This document shows positions 27,498 through 41,487 of a DNA stretch of 64,000 nt, in pieces. The notes under the pieces are model-generated. The model ran no database searches, had not been told where the DNA came from, and was given only the letters and a program-made list of their open reading frames with translations. A program made the position numbers and the translations under genes. This DNA comes from Antedon mediterranea (taxonomy: Eukaryota > Animalia > Echinodermata), in the NCBI RefSeq assembly GCF_964355755.1, contig NC_092680.1, positions 15,447,045-15,511,044 of the forward strand, read 5' to 3'. The first letter of the stretch is position 1, and every line of letters starts with the position of its first letter.

Positions 27498-30400
27498 TTC
27501 TTCTTTCTTTCTGTATGATTTTTGTGTAACGCTTTTCTCCAAAACTCGCAAACATAACATTTTGGTAACTATCTTAACATATTGACATTTACGTAACGTC
27601 GTCAAGCGAAGCTTTTCATGACGTTTACAATTGCGCAACGTGACTTACGCGCGATTTAACGATTTTGTCGTATTTAACATAGCTCAACAACCAAATAACA
27701 TTTCAACTTGAAACTTTGCAAAAGTTTAATTTATATCATGCGCTAACTTTCTGTTGAAAAAAAATTGCGTGTTATACACAAAGTTACGCGTGCACGCGCA
27801 TTTAAAATTTCAAAATGCGCAAAATTAATTTATAATCAACTTTCTACGCGTTTCATGTCGTTTTAAGCATGTCAAAAATTCCCACGCGTGCGCACATTTT
27901 TACGTGTGCGGTGCGCACGTAGAATTGAAAACGTAATTTTTTCGCGTGATTTATGTTTTTTCAGCCTTTTCTAGTAATTTTACCAAATTTTAAACAATTT
28001 TGACTTAAAGATACGTCATACGAGCACGTCGAATTGGCCAATTTGCGCGCGTTTTTTATGAAAAGGTTAAAAAATTCGTTTAAAATATGACTTTTTTTAA
28101 ACAGTCGTAATTTCTAAACTAGACGGTCAAATTTTTGTGGATGACATTTTCTAGAAGTAGATGAGTTGTAGATATCGGATCAGGTATTAATATGGCTAAC
28201 CGGACATTGTGACGTCATCGTATGGCCACGCGAATATAAAATTTAGGATTTTTGTATCTTTCGTCATAGCTCATCACATTGAATAGAGCGCATCTCCACT
28301 TATCCGTTTTCCATTTTCACCCCGATTTTGATATTGTCTAGGTCAATCAACTATCTTTCGCATGAGTTAAAAATATTTTAATTTTTTTGACGTCATCATG
28401 CCTAAAAATTTAAATCACGTGTGGCATCAATTTCATCTTTACAGTAAATTTTAATCTGTTATAGCTCGTAAGAATAAAATTTGATAATCACGATTAAAAC
28501 TTTTTCTGGAAGCTATTGGATTGTAGATACGAAATTATGTAAAAATGTTGCCAATCGGATGTTGTGACGTCATCATATGGCCAGTTAAATAAAAAAGGTC
28601 GTATTTTCATCTTTTGCGTCATAATTCATTACATTTAAAAGAGCGCGCATCAATATTTCACGTATTCAAATTTCTTCTACACGCTAATACGTTGTTGCTG
28701 AGATAATTTCCTTTCGGAATTGCTACCTTCCCGTTTCATTTTAAAACCGTCAACATGTTAAAAATTGCAATAAATAGCGGGTCCCGTAAGTTCACATATT
28801 CTACACTGTATGTGATATGGATACAGATTATACTGTGTATACTATATATGAATTTATATATAGATAAAATTCAGCAATAACAACATATCATATTCTTCAG
28901 TTCAGGTCATAATGCCAACGTGAACACTTCCTTTTGTCCTCAACCTATCCCCTTAATGTTAATGTTGCACCACTTGCGCGGCGGATAACCAAACTCGTCA
29001 AAGTGACGAGTTACATGTCTAGTCATCTTTTTATTGGTTATCCGCAACGAAGTTGCAGGATAACCTCTTGTGATTGTACGAAATCATCAACATCAACTTT
29101 TTATTTTTCTTCTTTCTTTCTGTATGATTTTTGTGTAACGCTTTTCTCTGAAACTTGCAAACATAACATTTTGTTAACTATGTTAACATTTTGACATTTA
29201 TGTAACGTCGTCAAGCGAAGCTTTTCATGATGTTTACAATTGCGCAATGTGACGTACGCGCGATTTAACGATTTTCTCGTATTTAACATATGTCGAAAAC
29301 CAAATAACATTTTAAAGTGAAACTTTGCAAAAGTTTAATTTATATCATGCGCTAACTTTCTGTTGAAAAAAAATTGCGTGTTTTACACAAAGTTACGCGC
29401 GCACGCGCATTTAAAATTTCAAAATGCGCAAAATTAATTTATAATCAACTTTCTACGTGTTTCATGTCGTTTTAAGCATGTCAAAAATTCCCACGCGTGC
29501 GCACATTTTTACGTGTGCGGTGCGCACGTAGCATTGAAAACGTATTTTTTTCGCGTGATTTATGTTTTTCCAGCCTTTTCATGTAATTTTACCAAATTTC
29601 TAACAATTTCGACTTAAAGATACGTCATACGAGCACGTCGAATTGGACAATTTGCGCGCGTTTTTTATGAAAAGGTTAAAAAATTCGTTTAAAATATGCC
29701 TTTTTTTAAACAGTCGTAATTTCTAAACTAGAAGGTCAACTTTTTGTGGATGGCATATTCTGGAAGTAGATGAGTTGTAGATATCGGATCAGGTATTAAT
29801 ATGGCTAACCGGACATTGTGACGTCATCGTATGGCCACGCGAATATAAAATTTAGGATTTTTGTATCTTTCGTCATAGCTCATCACATTGAATAGAGCGC
29901 ATCTCCTTTTATCCGTTTTCCATTTTCACCCCGATTTTGATATTGTCTAGGTCAATCAACTATCTTTCGCATGAGTGAAAAATATTTTAATTTTTATGAC
30001 GTCATCATGCCTAAAAATTGAAATCACGTGTGGCATCAATTTCATCTTTACAGTAAATTTTAATCTGTTATAGCTCGTAAGAATAAAATGTGATAATCAC
30101 GATTAAAACTTTTTCTGGAAGCTATTGGATTGTAGATACGAAATTATGTTAAAATGTTGCCAATCGGATGTTGTGACGTCATCATATGGCCAGTTAAATA
30201 AAAAAGGTCGTATTTTCATCTTTTGCGTCATAATTCATTACATTTAAAAGAGCGCACATCAATATTTCACGTATTCAAATTTCTTCTACACGCTAATACG
30301 TTGTTGCTGAGATAATTTCCTTTCGGAATTGCTACCTTCGCGTTTCATTTTAAAACCGTCAACATGTTAAAAATTGCAATAAATAGCGGGTCCCGTAATT

Positions 30401-32520
30401 TCACCTATTCTACACTGTATGTGATATGGATACAGATTATACTGTGTATACTATATATGAATTTAAATAATAAAATTCAGCAATAACAACATATCATATT
30501 CTTCAGTTCAGGTCATAATGCCAACGTGAACACTTCCTTTTGTCCTCAACCTATCCCCTTAATGTTAATGTTGCACCACTTGCGCTGCGGATAACCAAAC
30601 TCGTCAAAGTGACGAGTTACATGTCTAGTTCTTCTTCTTTCTTTCTGTATGATTTTTGTGTAACGCTTTTCTCTGAAACTTGCAAACATAACATTTTGTT
30701 AACTATGTTAACATTTTGACATTTATGTAACGTCGTCAAGCGAAGCTTTTCATGATGTTTACAATTGCGCAACGTGACGTACGCGCGATTTAACGATTTT
30801 CTCGTATTTAACATATGTCGAAAACCAAATAACATTTCAACTTGAAACTTTGCAAAAGTTTAATTTATATCATGCGCTAACTTTCTGTTGAAAAAAAATT
30901 GCGTGTTTTACACAAAGTTACGCGCGCACGCGCATTTAAAATTTCAAAATGCGCGAAATTAATTTATAATCAACTTTCTACGCGTTTCATGTCGTTTTAA
31001 GCATGTCAAAAATTCCCACGCGTGCGCACCTTTTTACGTGTGCGGTGCGCACGTAGCATTGAAAACGTATTTTTTTCGCGTGATTTATGTTTTTCCAGCC
31101 TTTTCATGTAATTTTACCAAATTTTTAACAATTTCGACTTAAAGATACGTCATACGAGCACGTCGAATTGGACAATTTGCGCGCGTTTTTTATGAAAAGG
31201 TTAAAAAATTCGTTTAAAATATGCCTTTTTTTAAACAGTCGTAATTTCTAAACTAGACGGTCAAATTTTTGTGGATGACATATTCTGGAAGTAGATGAGT
31301 TGTAGATATCGGATCAGGTATTAATATGGCTAACCGGACATTGTGACGTCATCGTATGGCCACGCGAATATAAAATTTAGGATTTTTGTATCTTTCGTCA
31401 TAGCTCATCACATTGAATAGAGCGCATCTCCACTTATCCGTTTTCCATTTTCATCCCGATTTTGATATTGTCTAGATCAATCAACTATCTTTCGCATGAG
31501 TTAAAAATATTTTAATTTTTTTGACGTCATCATGCCTAAAAATTTAAATCACGTATGGCATCAATTTCATCTTTACAGTAAATTTTAATCTGTTATAGCT
31601 CGTAAGAATAAAATGTGATAATCACGATTACAACTTTTTCTGGAAGCTATTGGATTGCAGATATGAAATTATGTAAAAATGTTGCCAATCGGATGTTGTG
31701 ACGTCATCATATGGCCAGTTAAATAAAAAAGGTCGTATTTTCATCTTTTGCGTCATAATTCATTACATTTAAAAGAGCGCGCATCAATATTTAACGTATT
31801 CAAATTTCTTCTACACGCTAATACGTTGTTGCTGAGATAATTTCCTTTCGGAATTGCTACCTTCGCGTTTCATTTTAAAACCGTCAACATGTTAAAAATT
31901 GCAATAAATAGCGGGTCCCGTAATTTCACCTATTCTACACTGTATGTGATATGGATACAGATTATACTGTGTATACTGTATATGAATTTAAATAATAAAA
32001 TTCAGCAATAACAACAGATCATATTCTTCAGTTCAGGTCATAATGCCAACGTGAACACTTCCTTTTGTCCTCAACCTATCCCCTTAATGTTAATGTTGCA
32101 CCACTTGCGCGGCGGATAACCAAACTCGTCAAAGTGACGAGTTACATGTCTAGTCTAACCTTTTCTTTGTGAAATCCTCAGAACACAGGAGTTGGTTGGC
32201 ACATAAGGGAGACTTGTGGTAGGAACTTGTGAAATATGCAATTACAAAGCGACCACACCCAGTCACAGGACCAGTAACATTAACGTCTTCATTCCTTCAA
32301 ATTTAACCAAGTAACTGATTATAAAAAGAATAAATTGGCCAAATCAATATCGACAAATAAAGATAAACACAAATATTTATTTATTTATAATACTGTATTT
32401 ATTTCTGCACCTAAACACATTAACAATGTTCTGAGTATAAGGTGACAGTAGTAGTTCATCTTGTTTTAAGAAACCAAGAATTCATTGTTTGCTTTATGAA
32501 TATAATTTTAATATATAGGC

Positions 32521-32553
<33 letters not shown>

Positions 32554-33602
32554 AATATTTAAAATAAGGATTATAAATTTGAACTCGTCGCCGTGACCAC
32601 TTCGCTTATCAACGATAATACGCACATACATATCCTATGAACTGAAGAAAACATATTATTTATACGCTACTGAATTGTGTTTTTAGTATTGACTTAACTA
32701 GGGTCAATACCAATCTATATTCTAATTTTCAAACAGGATGACCACATCAAAATAAAACATCAAGATATTAATATAAATATAATTACACGAGCAAGAATTT
32801 AGAGAAGAAAACGTAGAAGTGAGATTCACGCTCATTGAATAATGATGAATTGTAGAAATATACCTGCTCACCATCTAGTAAAATTACTATAGCAATGTTC
32901 CCTGCAATGCCAGACGGGCAATCTGTGAGAACGAAAGCCGCTATATCCCCATGTCTGTTCTGACTTCTTGTGCAGTCAAGAAAATGTATCCAATGTTTTT
33001 CTCTCTGCGAATTGTTTTCAGAGAACGTGCGAAAAAATTTGCGAATTGGTTGGACTAATTCGATACGAGAACATTTTTAAAAATAATTGTGAAAAAATGC
33101 ATTCTATCTATACTGGCATCAGCCAACAGTGACGCCTATGAGAAAAGGACTTATGAGGAAAGAGATGAAAAACCCACTTTTTAATACAGCTGACCATATG
33201 ATAATATTATTTCCAAAACTCACATTACTTACATAATTTAAGGATGTCGATTTAAAATGGGTAAAATGTAATAATTTAGAGGATTTAAACCTTAAAATCA
33301 TAAATAAATTGATTAATTTAATTGATTGATAAATTCATTATAGCATAGACTATTTTTCGAAGCTGATATTCTGGAATAATATGCTGTGAAAAAAATTTGT
33401 TTTCTGCAATCAAATTTAAACAATCTATAGTCAAAATGTTTACATGAATTTGTATCTACAATTCAACAGATTCCACTATAAGTTAAAAACATGAGGGTCA
33501 CCTTTTATAAATGCTATAACATAAGAAAAAAATATGAAACAAGACGATGGTTATCTGCATTAAATACGGATAAGCAATTAATATTAAACCATTGAAGTTT
33601 TT

Positions 33603-35303
33603 CTACGCTTCAAAGATTACGCAGTCGCATGTTCTATAGGAACACACGCATAGAATGTAGATGTCTCGTTTGTTTCTGGATAATTTACCACTTTCGACAG
33701 TACGAGATTGATCTTCTGACAAAAGGGTTGCCCAATAAGACTTCACACCAAAACACTTATCCGCAATTTCATTGACAGCAACACGTCTTAAAAATGCTGA
33801 TGGAATTTCTTCCTCTCTCTTAAAAGTAACTGAAGGAAATTCTCCATTATGCAGCTAAAAATAAATAGTATTATAGACACAGTTATAACAATTTAGTCAT
33901 CGTCCTAGTATTGATTTTATTCAGAAAGGATTTGAGTGTTTCAAAAAATAATTGTAATCTACTATGCAACATAAGACGTACAGTAGTTAATATTTAAATA
34001 ATTCAGAAATTAAACTGATTGAAAAGTTTAGCGTAGACCTATTTATTAGGCTATTTTATAATTATATATAATACTTACCCAACCACGGTCGTTCCAATCC
34101 AAACTGTCATCCTCCCACAAGTAACATGCATTGTCCTTGTCACTGTACGCCGCAACAAGTTTCTGTAACAAAAAAAAGAACAGCGTATTATTTATTATAA
34201 TTGATAATAGTATAACTTCACTAAAAAATGGTTTAGAACGAGATTATAATATACTGATCTAATGCCTATATATAATATGATTTATCTGGCAGCATTTAAT
34301 TTACCTGTCGAAAGTCATAAATAAGCGTTCCTCCCTCAGTTACATTGTGAATCTTTTCAAAGACTACAGTTTCAACACGGTCAGAGTTCTTAGTAGTAAT
34401 TTCAATCGAGTGCTTCAGTCCATCGTCATCTGATGTTCTATAGACAATCTCCTAATAAAGCAATACATGTTTTATTCTTTAATAACAATCAATTGTTTGA
34501 CTGCTGAATCTCTTTACTGTACGTAAGTTTCTCTTTTGACCTGAATTATGATGCACTAACTAAATTCAAATTTTGGTCAACTTAGACCTAATATTTAATT
34601 TAGTTTCAAACAAAAATGTGTACTTACTGTATCGTCTACCATATCTGCATACCTGTAGTAAAGAACAACTGAACCAACTACACTGATAACCAGGACGGTA
34701 GTAACAAAACTAAGTGCAATTTGATTTCTGTTGAGTTTTGACAACTTTCTAGCAAAACTTGCCTGAAATTAAGTACAGTTCATCATTGTATATCATATGA
34801 TAGGACCTTACTGTAATTGCAAATAAAGACCAGTATAATTCACTTTTACCGATATTCATTTTAGTTAACATGATGCTATTCAATTATTTCTAAAACAACA
34901 AATGTGTATGTGTAGTTCTTTGACAATTCAATTCAAAGTTTTTTCCCACAAAAGTAGGATATTTGTTGGATTTTAGAGTATTTTAAGATTTTATTAATAA
35001 GACCTTAATGATTAAATTAGATATAATAAATTAAATACATGTAAAAAATAAATAAATTACAGCCAAAATAAACAAGACAAGACAACCTATTTGCATCTTG
35101 CTGCAGTCGGTACGATTATTTACAATTGCAATTAAATCGTATTCCAATTACGGTAAACAATAATATTAAAAGCGTTTTAAACAATTCATTCAAACTATCA
35201 TACTATTTAAACCAGACAGTTTAAATTAAAAACGTACCTCAATGTTTATTTGAGTATCGACTTCGTTTGTCTTCTTTTCTTCCGCAATCATTTTTGGAAA
35301 CAT
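33603..35303 (-). CDS. BRICHOS-domain type II membrane precursor, paralogue A (~227 aa); C-terminal peptide DIYILCVCSYRTCDCVIFEA after RNKR
   Basis: Five phase-0 exons: 35303-35238, 34762-34628 (TM segment IALSFVTTVLVISVVGSVVLYY), 34451-34305 (TLIYDFRQ), 34162-34079 (LVAAY..NACYL) and 33854-33603 (IADKCFGVKSYW..SRNKR). The conserved BRICHOS Asp and both Cys are present. Confidence 0.88.
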
Positions 35304-35575
35304 CTTGACAGTTGAATGTAGACAACACTAACTGCTAACTATGACGATTTTACGAACTTTTATACCAACGGGAAGAACAATAAATCCGGCCCACAGTAGA
35401 ACTTTGCTTTTCTAAAATGAACAATGGAGTCAACATAACAACTTTTATCGAGCATTATTATAAAACCAGGAACTATTTTCTCATTTTCTATAAAAAAAAT
35501 AAGTATTAATTAATCTATTGAACATAATGATTATGAAGACGCTATATTTACAACAACAAATATTACTGACTGTTT

Positions 35576-36466
35576 TTTTTTAATCTTATGTGGGTTCATC
35601 CCACTTTTATTTCCATACAACTGTTCTCTTTGCATATATTTTTCACTATACACTATACATATCATTATATTTACAATGTTTGTTTAATCATCTGCTTACA
35701 TATACTTATTGAAAGAGTTTTATTCATTTGTTACAAATAACATATTATCTGTAACACATTTTCATTAACAAGCTTATTTTTTTCTTACATAGTTGTTTTT
35801 GTTTTTTTCATCTACCACATTTTCATTTAACAATGCATATTCTCTGTTATACTCCTTACTTACTAAATGTTTACTGTTAACATAATATTGTTCTCATCCT
35901 TTAACATTAATATTAATATTTTTGTTCTTTAATGTTTACAAAACTTTTATTTCCAGCAGATTATCCTTCTAAAACTTCTTAAATTGTCATTTAACTTTTT
36001 TACTTTCTTCTCTTATGTGGATTCATTCCACTTTTTTTTTTACTTATTTTCTTTAAAAAAACTATTTCCATATATTATTTTGTTTATACATACATTATCA
36101 TTTAACCACATTGATTACATAGTTTCCTCTTTTTATACATATTATCTATAACACATTTTCATTAATTTATTTTTTCTTACATAGTTGTTTTTGTTTTTTT
36201 TTTTCATCTACATGCATATTTATATCATACAATTATAATACGTTTATGTTTAATAAATCCATCCCATGGGTTTGTCCCATTTTATTTTTCTTTGGATTTA
36301 TCTATGCAAACATATTTTCATTTAAACAATGCATATTCTCTGTTATACTAAATTACTTACTAACTTTTTACTGTTAACATTATATTTTCCTCATCCTTTA
36401 AGATTGATTTTTTTGATCTTTAAATGTTTACAAAATTTATTTCCAACAGATTATCCTTTTTTGCAT
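35576..36466 (-). mobile_element. ~890-bp retro-type insertion with a 15-bp TSD upstream of BRICHOS A
   Basis: Flanked by TATTACTGACTGTTT at 35561 and 36467. It begins with a T run (minus-strand polyA), is absent at the paralogous site near 47240, and has an internal ~430-bp duplication. Confidence 0.65.
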
Positions 36467-37649
36467 TATTACTGACTGTTTATTGACACTTTAATGCATA
36501 CAGTTTCTTAAACTCACTAAATGTTATTAGATTGTTCTATTATTTTTTGACACAGCGCAGCATTTCAAATGTATAATAGCCATTAGTATTGTCAAGAAAC
36601 ATGATATAGCTTACGTACTAATTAAATTGAACAACACTGAAGTTTATTCAACTTAACTGCATTATTATGGAACAAATTAAACACAACTTATTATTTTGTT
36701 TAACTAAATACAAATGTCAACATAACAGAAAATAAGAAAACTATTGTTTAATGATGCTTTACTCTTAGTATTTATTTACGCACATATTCAAGAAGTACCA
36801 AAATGTATCCAGTAGCAACGGATTTACTTGAAAACAAAGCATACCAGAGTATATATGAAGTGTATGCAAACTCACATGATTATCATGGCACAATGAACAT
36901 CAATAATAATTGAACGAAACAAAATTATTATTATTATTATTATTAGTGTTATTATTATTAGGCCTATTAAATTAAATAATTACAAATTCTATAAATTGCA
37001 AAAACATCTGGGCCTACATATAAACGTAGTAGAAAGCATTACTGCTTGAAGAAATAAAGATACACTTCACAAAACACTGCTTCAATACGATTGAACTCTT
37101 ATCCGTATTAGATCGGGCGCTCAGAGAATTTATTCATGGGAAAAGTCATCAAAAGGTGTGTTTGATGGGCTGATTATGTAGATATATGACAAAGATTTAA
37201 TAATAAATATTGCTGACGGGTCATATCCTGTAATTTACTGGGGAAACCAAATAAAAGGGGTAAACATTGATTTACTTATGTGAAAAGCTACACATATAAA
37301 AGTTTTTGGACATTGTTCCCATATTATGTGTATGCAATGTTAAAACAGCAATGACAGCAATTTTATCCTGTAAGTTGCCCAAGACAGTAGCCTCAAGTGA
37401 CCACTCAACAATTGTTCATGTCAAGAGCCACGCGGCTAATTTCTTTTGCATTGTAATTGGGTGCACAAAAATACCATTGACACAGCACAAAAATACCATT
37501 GACAGCAACTTTATCCTGTAAGTGGCCCCAGACAGTAGCCCAAAAATTCCCGCCAAAGCAGATTTAATTAGGCGATGAACCACATGGCAAGTTCCTTTTA
37601 CACTATTACGCTTTGGAATATACAAGAATACAGTAACTTTATCCTGTAA

Positions 37650-38008
37650 AGGCTGTTTTCCTGTCGACGTTATTCGACGCTATCGTTAACAATAAAGCGT
37701 GGTTCCCACTAGCGACGCAACACAAGGACGTAACGCAACGCAATTGAATTGACCAATCACAAGCGATGGCTTATTCGCTTGTGATTGCTAACTGTCTATA
37801 ACTTCGCTTGTCATTGGTTAAAACGCTTGCGTTGCGTTTACTTCATTGCGTTACGTTCTAGTGGGAACCAAGCTTAATCGGCGATCTTCTACGGGAAAAG
37901 GTACTTGCTATCGTTATTATTTTAACTTGATCGGTTTCAAACGATCGTCGTTGAACTGTTGGCGATCAACGACGATAGCGTCGAATAACGTCGACAGGAA
38001 CACAGGCT
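37650..38008. mobile_element. PIF/Harbinger-like MITE containing a nested second MITE (37696-37874)
   Basis: Outer TIRs TTCCTGTCGACGTTATTCGACGCTATCGT with TAA TSD; the empty site CCTGTAAGTTGCCTCAG is seen at ~48370. Inner TIRs AGC.TGGTTCCCACTAG with TAA TSD. Confidence 0.85.
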
Positions 38009-38165
38009 TAAGTTGCCTCAGACACTAAGTAGCCCAACATTTTCCGATTCCAACCCCTACAAGATTTATCACTCTAAAACTAGATTCAATAGGCTATCAA
38101 AACAATTTCTATGATTTATAGATCATAAATAATATCAAACTCTTTATTAGAAATATCAGTGAGAT

Positions 38166-41100
38166 CAAGAGAAGATATTGAGCCTCTTCTTTCAGTGTTA
38201 GTAATGAAACAATTGTAAATATCTATCAAAATCATTTTCATTATTTTTTTTTTGCTGATAAAGGGCTTAATTTCAACTTTACACTTTTTTCAGTCTAAAT
38301 TCCCAGTGGACCACCATTGGTAAGTAATCTAAAAATAAGAACAAACAAATAATTAATAACTAACAATAATTGTTTGTTTTGGGATTTTGTGTTACAGTTT
38401 CTTATCAGTCACATCTTTAAATAACACATTTTGAAATAATAATACGGAGTCAGATAGCATAAATTATAACTTTAATTATGGTGTTTCAATTCAACTTCTG
38501 CTTTTTATTTCCGTGACACATCAACATTATCCACCATATACTCACTGATCTTGATATGGTAAAAACAGTTTGAACTACTTACTACTAAATGGCAAAAGCA
38601 ATGATTTAATATACAGAATTTTGCAAAAAGTTAAGAAGTACATCTTGTTGTTTTATTTGATTTCTGCTACACGTCAATTTAACCAAATAATACTATTCGT
38701 CGTCAATTTGAAAAGCCATTATTTGGCCCATGCAACACATTCATAGTAATTTTCAAATATACGTAATTTTCTTCTACTTTTTTTTTTTATAGAAAAATCG
38801 TAGGATAACGATTTCCTGTTAGAAGAATATTCATCTAAAACAAAACATATTATTCACCCCATCCATATAGCAGTGACAAGCGTTTTAACATTAAAATGTC
38901 CCTCCTAACATTCTTTTTCTTTAATGTTAACTCTGTATAGTGTAACGGTAAATAATTTCTTGTATAGGAAAAATCTCATCAAATAAACAGAAAACAAAAG
39001 CAACAAAACAAAAGAAATAAGGGCCTTGAGCATTTTGGTGGATGTGTGGTGCGCTTAACAAATATTATTATAAGGAAGTATTGGCGTAGAATAAAACAGA
39101 TAATTATAGACCGAAGAAATTCAATACAAATAGCACTTGAACAAATCCGTCAGTGAAGCTGTAAATACGCCAATCGAAACAAGGAAATAACATTTTAATA
39201 TTGTCACTCAAATATATTATTATTACTGTAGCTTGTGTTTCTCACATTCATCAAGAGAAGATTTTATTGAGCGTCTTCTTTCAGTGTTAGTAAATATCAA
39301 TCAATATGATTGTCATATTATTGTTGCTGATAAAGGACTTAATTTTAACTTTACACTTGTTCAGCAATTTTAGCTAAAGAAACAAGTCTCAAGCCGAGTG
39401 GACCACCATTGGTGTGTAATCCAAAAAAAAAAAAAGAACAAACAATTATTAATTAAAAAAACCAATAATAATAGCTCTACAGCTCACTATGTCGGTCGGT
39501 TGGTCGGTCGGTAAACACTAACTCAAATTTGAGCGCGACTGCAGCCATGTATATGGCCTTGTTCAGTTTGTTTTGGGTTTTTGTGTTACACTTATTCTCA
39601 TCAGTCACATCTTGAAATAAAATTATGAAATATAATACGGAGTTGTAAAATATTTTATCAGATGACTATAGATAACATAAATTATAACTTTAATTGTGGT
39701 GTTTCTATTCAACTTCTGTTTTTTATTTCCGCGACATATCAACATTATCCACCGTATACTCACTGATCTTTATATGGAAAGACAGGTTGACCTACTTACT
39801 ATACTGAATGGCAAAAGCAATGATTGAATATACAGAATGTTGCAAAAAGTTAAGAAGTTCATCTTGTTCCCTTGGGATTTCTGCTACACGTTAATTTAAC
39901 AAAATATTACTCTTCGTCGTCAATTTGAAAGGTTATTATTTAACGGCCCACGCAACACACTCACAGTAATTTTCAAAATTACGTAATTTTCTTCTACGGT
40001 GTTTTTTTTATAGAAAAATCGCAGGATAACGAGTGTTAGAAGAATATTCATCTAAAACAAAACATATTATTCACCTCATTCATATAGCAGTGACAGTTTT
40101 AACATTAAATGTTCCCTCCTAACATTCTTTTTCTTTAATGTTAACTCTATATAGTGTAACGGTAAATAATTTCTTGTATAGGAAAAATCTCATCAAATAA
40201 ACAGAAAACAAAAGCAACAAAACAAAAGAAATAAGCGCCTTGAGCATTTTGGTGGATATGTGGTGCGCTTAACAAATATTATTATAAGGAAGTATTAGCG
40301 TAGAATAAAACAGATAATTATAGACCGAAGAAATTCAATACAAATAGAACTTGAACAAATCCGTCAGTGAAGCTGTAAATACACCAATCAAAACAAGGAA
40401 ATAACATTTTAATATTGTCACTCAAATATATTATTATTACTGTAGCTTGTGTTTCTCGCATTCATCAAGAGAAGATTTTATTGAGCGTCTTCTTTCAGTG
40501 TTAGTAAATATCAATCAATATGATTGTCATATTATTGTTGCTGATAAAGAACTTAATTTTAACTTTACACTTGTTCAGCAATTTTAGCTAAAGAAACAAG
40601 TCTCAAGCCGAGTGGACCACCATTGGTCTGTAATCCAAAAAAAAAAAGAACAAACAATTATTAATAAAAAAAAAACCCAATAATAATAGCTCTACAGCTC
40701 ACTATGTCGGTCGGTTGGTCGGTCGGTAAGCACTAACTCAAATTTGAGCGCGACTGCAGCCTTGTATATGGCCTTGTTCAGTTTGTTTTGGGTTTTTGTG
40801 TTACACTTATTCTTATGTTTGTTTGTTTGTTTTTATTTTTTGCTCATATAAAAATCAACAAGGTACAGTCAGTCACATCTTGAAATAAAATTATGAAATA
40901 TAATACGGAGTTGTAAAATATTTTATCAGATGACTAAATAGATAACATAAATTATAACTTTAATTATGGTGTTTCTACTGTATTCAACTTCTGCTTTTAT
41001 TTCCGTGACATATCAACATTATCCACCGTATACTCACTGATCTTGATATGGTAAAAACAGTTTGAACTACTTACTACTGAATGGCAACAGCAATGATTTA

Positions 41101-41180
41101 ATATACAGAATGTTGCAAAAAGTTAAGAAGTTCATCTTTCTGCTACACGTTAATTTAACAAAATATTACTCTTCGTCGTA
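38166..41180. repeat. ~1.1-1.2-kb tandem triplication of the RNase T2 upstream region
   Basis: CAAGAGAAGAT..TTGAGC.TCTTCTTTCAGTGTTAGT at 38166, 39252 and 40466. The paralogue has a single copy (48530-49550). Confidence 0.85.
39470..39559 (+). mobile_element. ~90-bp mini Helentron/DINE-like insert (second copy at ~40682-40774)
   Basis: (GTCG)n microsatellite and a terminal hairpin GCCATGTATATGGC followed by CTTG. Absent at the homologous sites 15115, 38370 and 48750. Confidence 0.55.
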
Positions 41181-41191
41181 AAAAATCAGTT

Positions 41192-41487
41192 AATTGAGGG
41201 CACTATGCTTTGCCAAAATACGCAAATCATGCCAAAATACGCAAATTGAGGGCGCTATGCTTTGCCAAAATACGAAAATCATGCCAAAACAAAATACGCA
41301 AATTGAGGGCGCTATGGTTTGCCAAAATACGCAAATAATGTCAAAATACGCAAATTGAGGGCGCTATGCTTTGCCAAAATACGAAAATCATGCCAAAATA
41401 CGCAAATTGAGGGCGCTATGCTTTGCCAAAATACGAAAATCATGCCAAAATACGCAAATTTAGGGCGCTATGCTTTGCCAAAATACA
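41192..41487. repeat. 52-bp minisatellite, about 5.6 units
   Basis: Unit AATTGAGGGCGCTATGCTTTGCCAAAATACGAAAATCATGCCAAAATACGCA. Confidence 0.9.

Larger units (their letters stand above)
16278..32153 (+). mobile_element. Nested and tandem cluster of ten ~1.55-kb non-autonomous Helentron/Helitron2-like elements (8 subfamily A, 2 subfamily B)
   Basis: Each element has a 5' hairpin head with a subTIR (TTGGTTATCCGC), a 3' complementary subTIR (GCGGATAACCAA), a hairpin ACTCGTCA-AAG-TGACGAGT and a CTAG end. CTAG ends lie at 17962, 19534, 21067, 22700, 24374, 25898, 27497, 29022, 30628 and 32153. No long ORF. Confidence 0.88.

Noticed and set aside
16396-30835. Recurrent 60-118 aa ORFs in the array (MRNCKRHEK.., MSNSTCSYD.., MLFGFRHML..)
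   Set aside because: They have no recognisable domain, their starts and stops vary between copies, and they recur only because the DNA is repeated. No Rep/Hel motifs are present.
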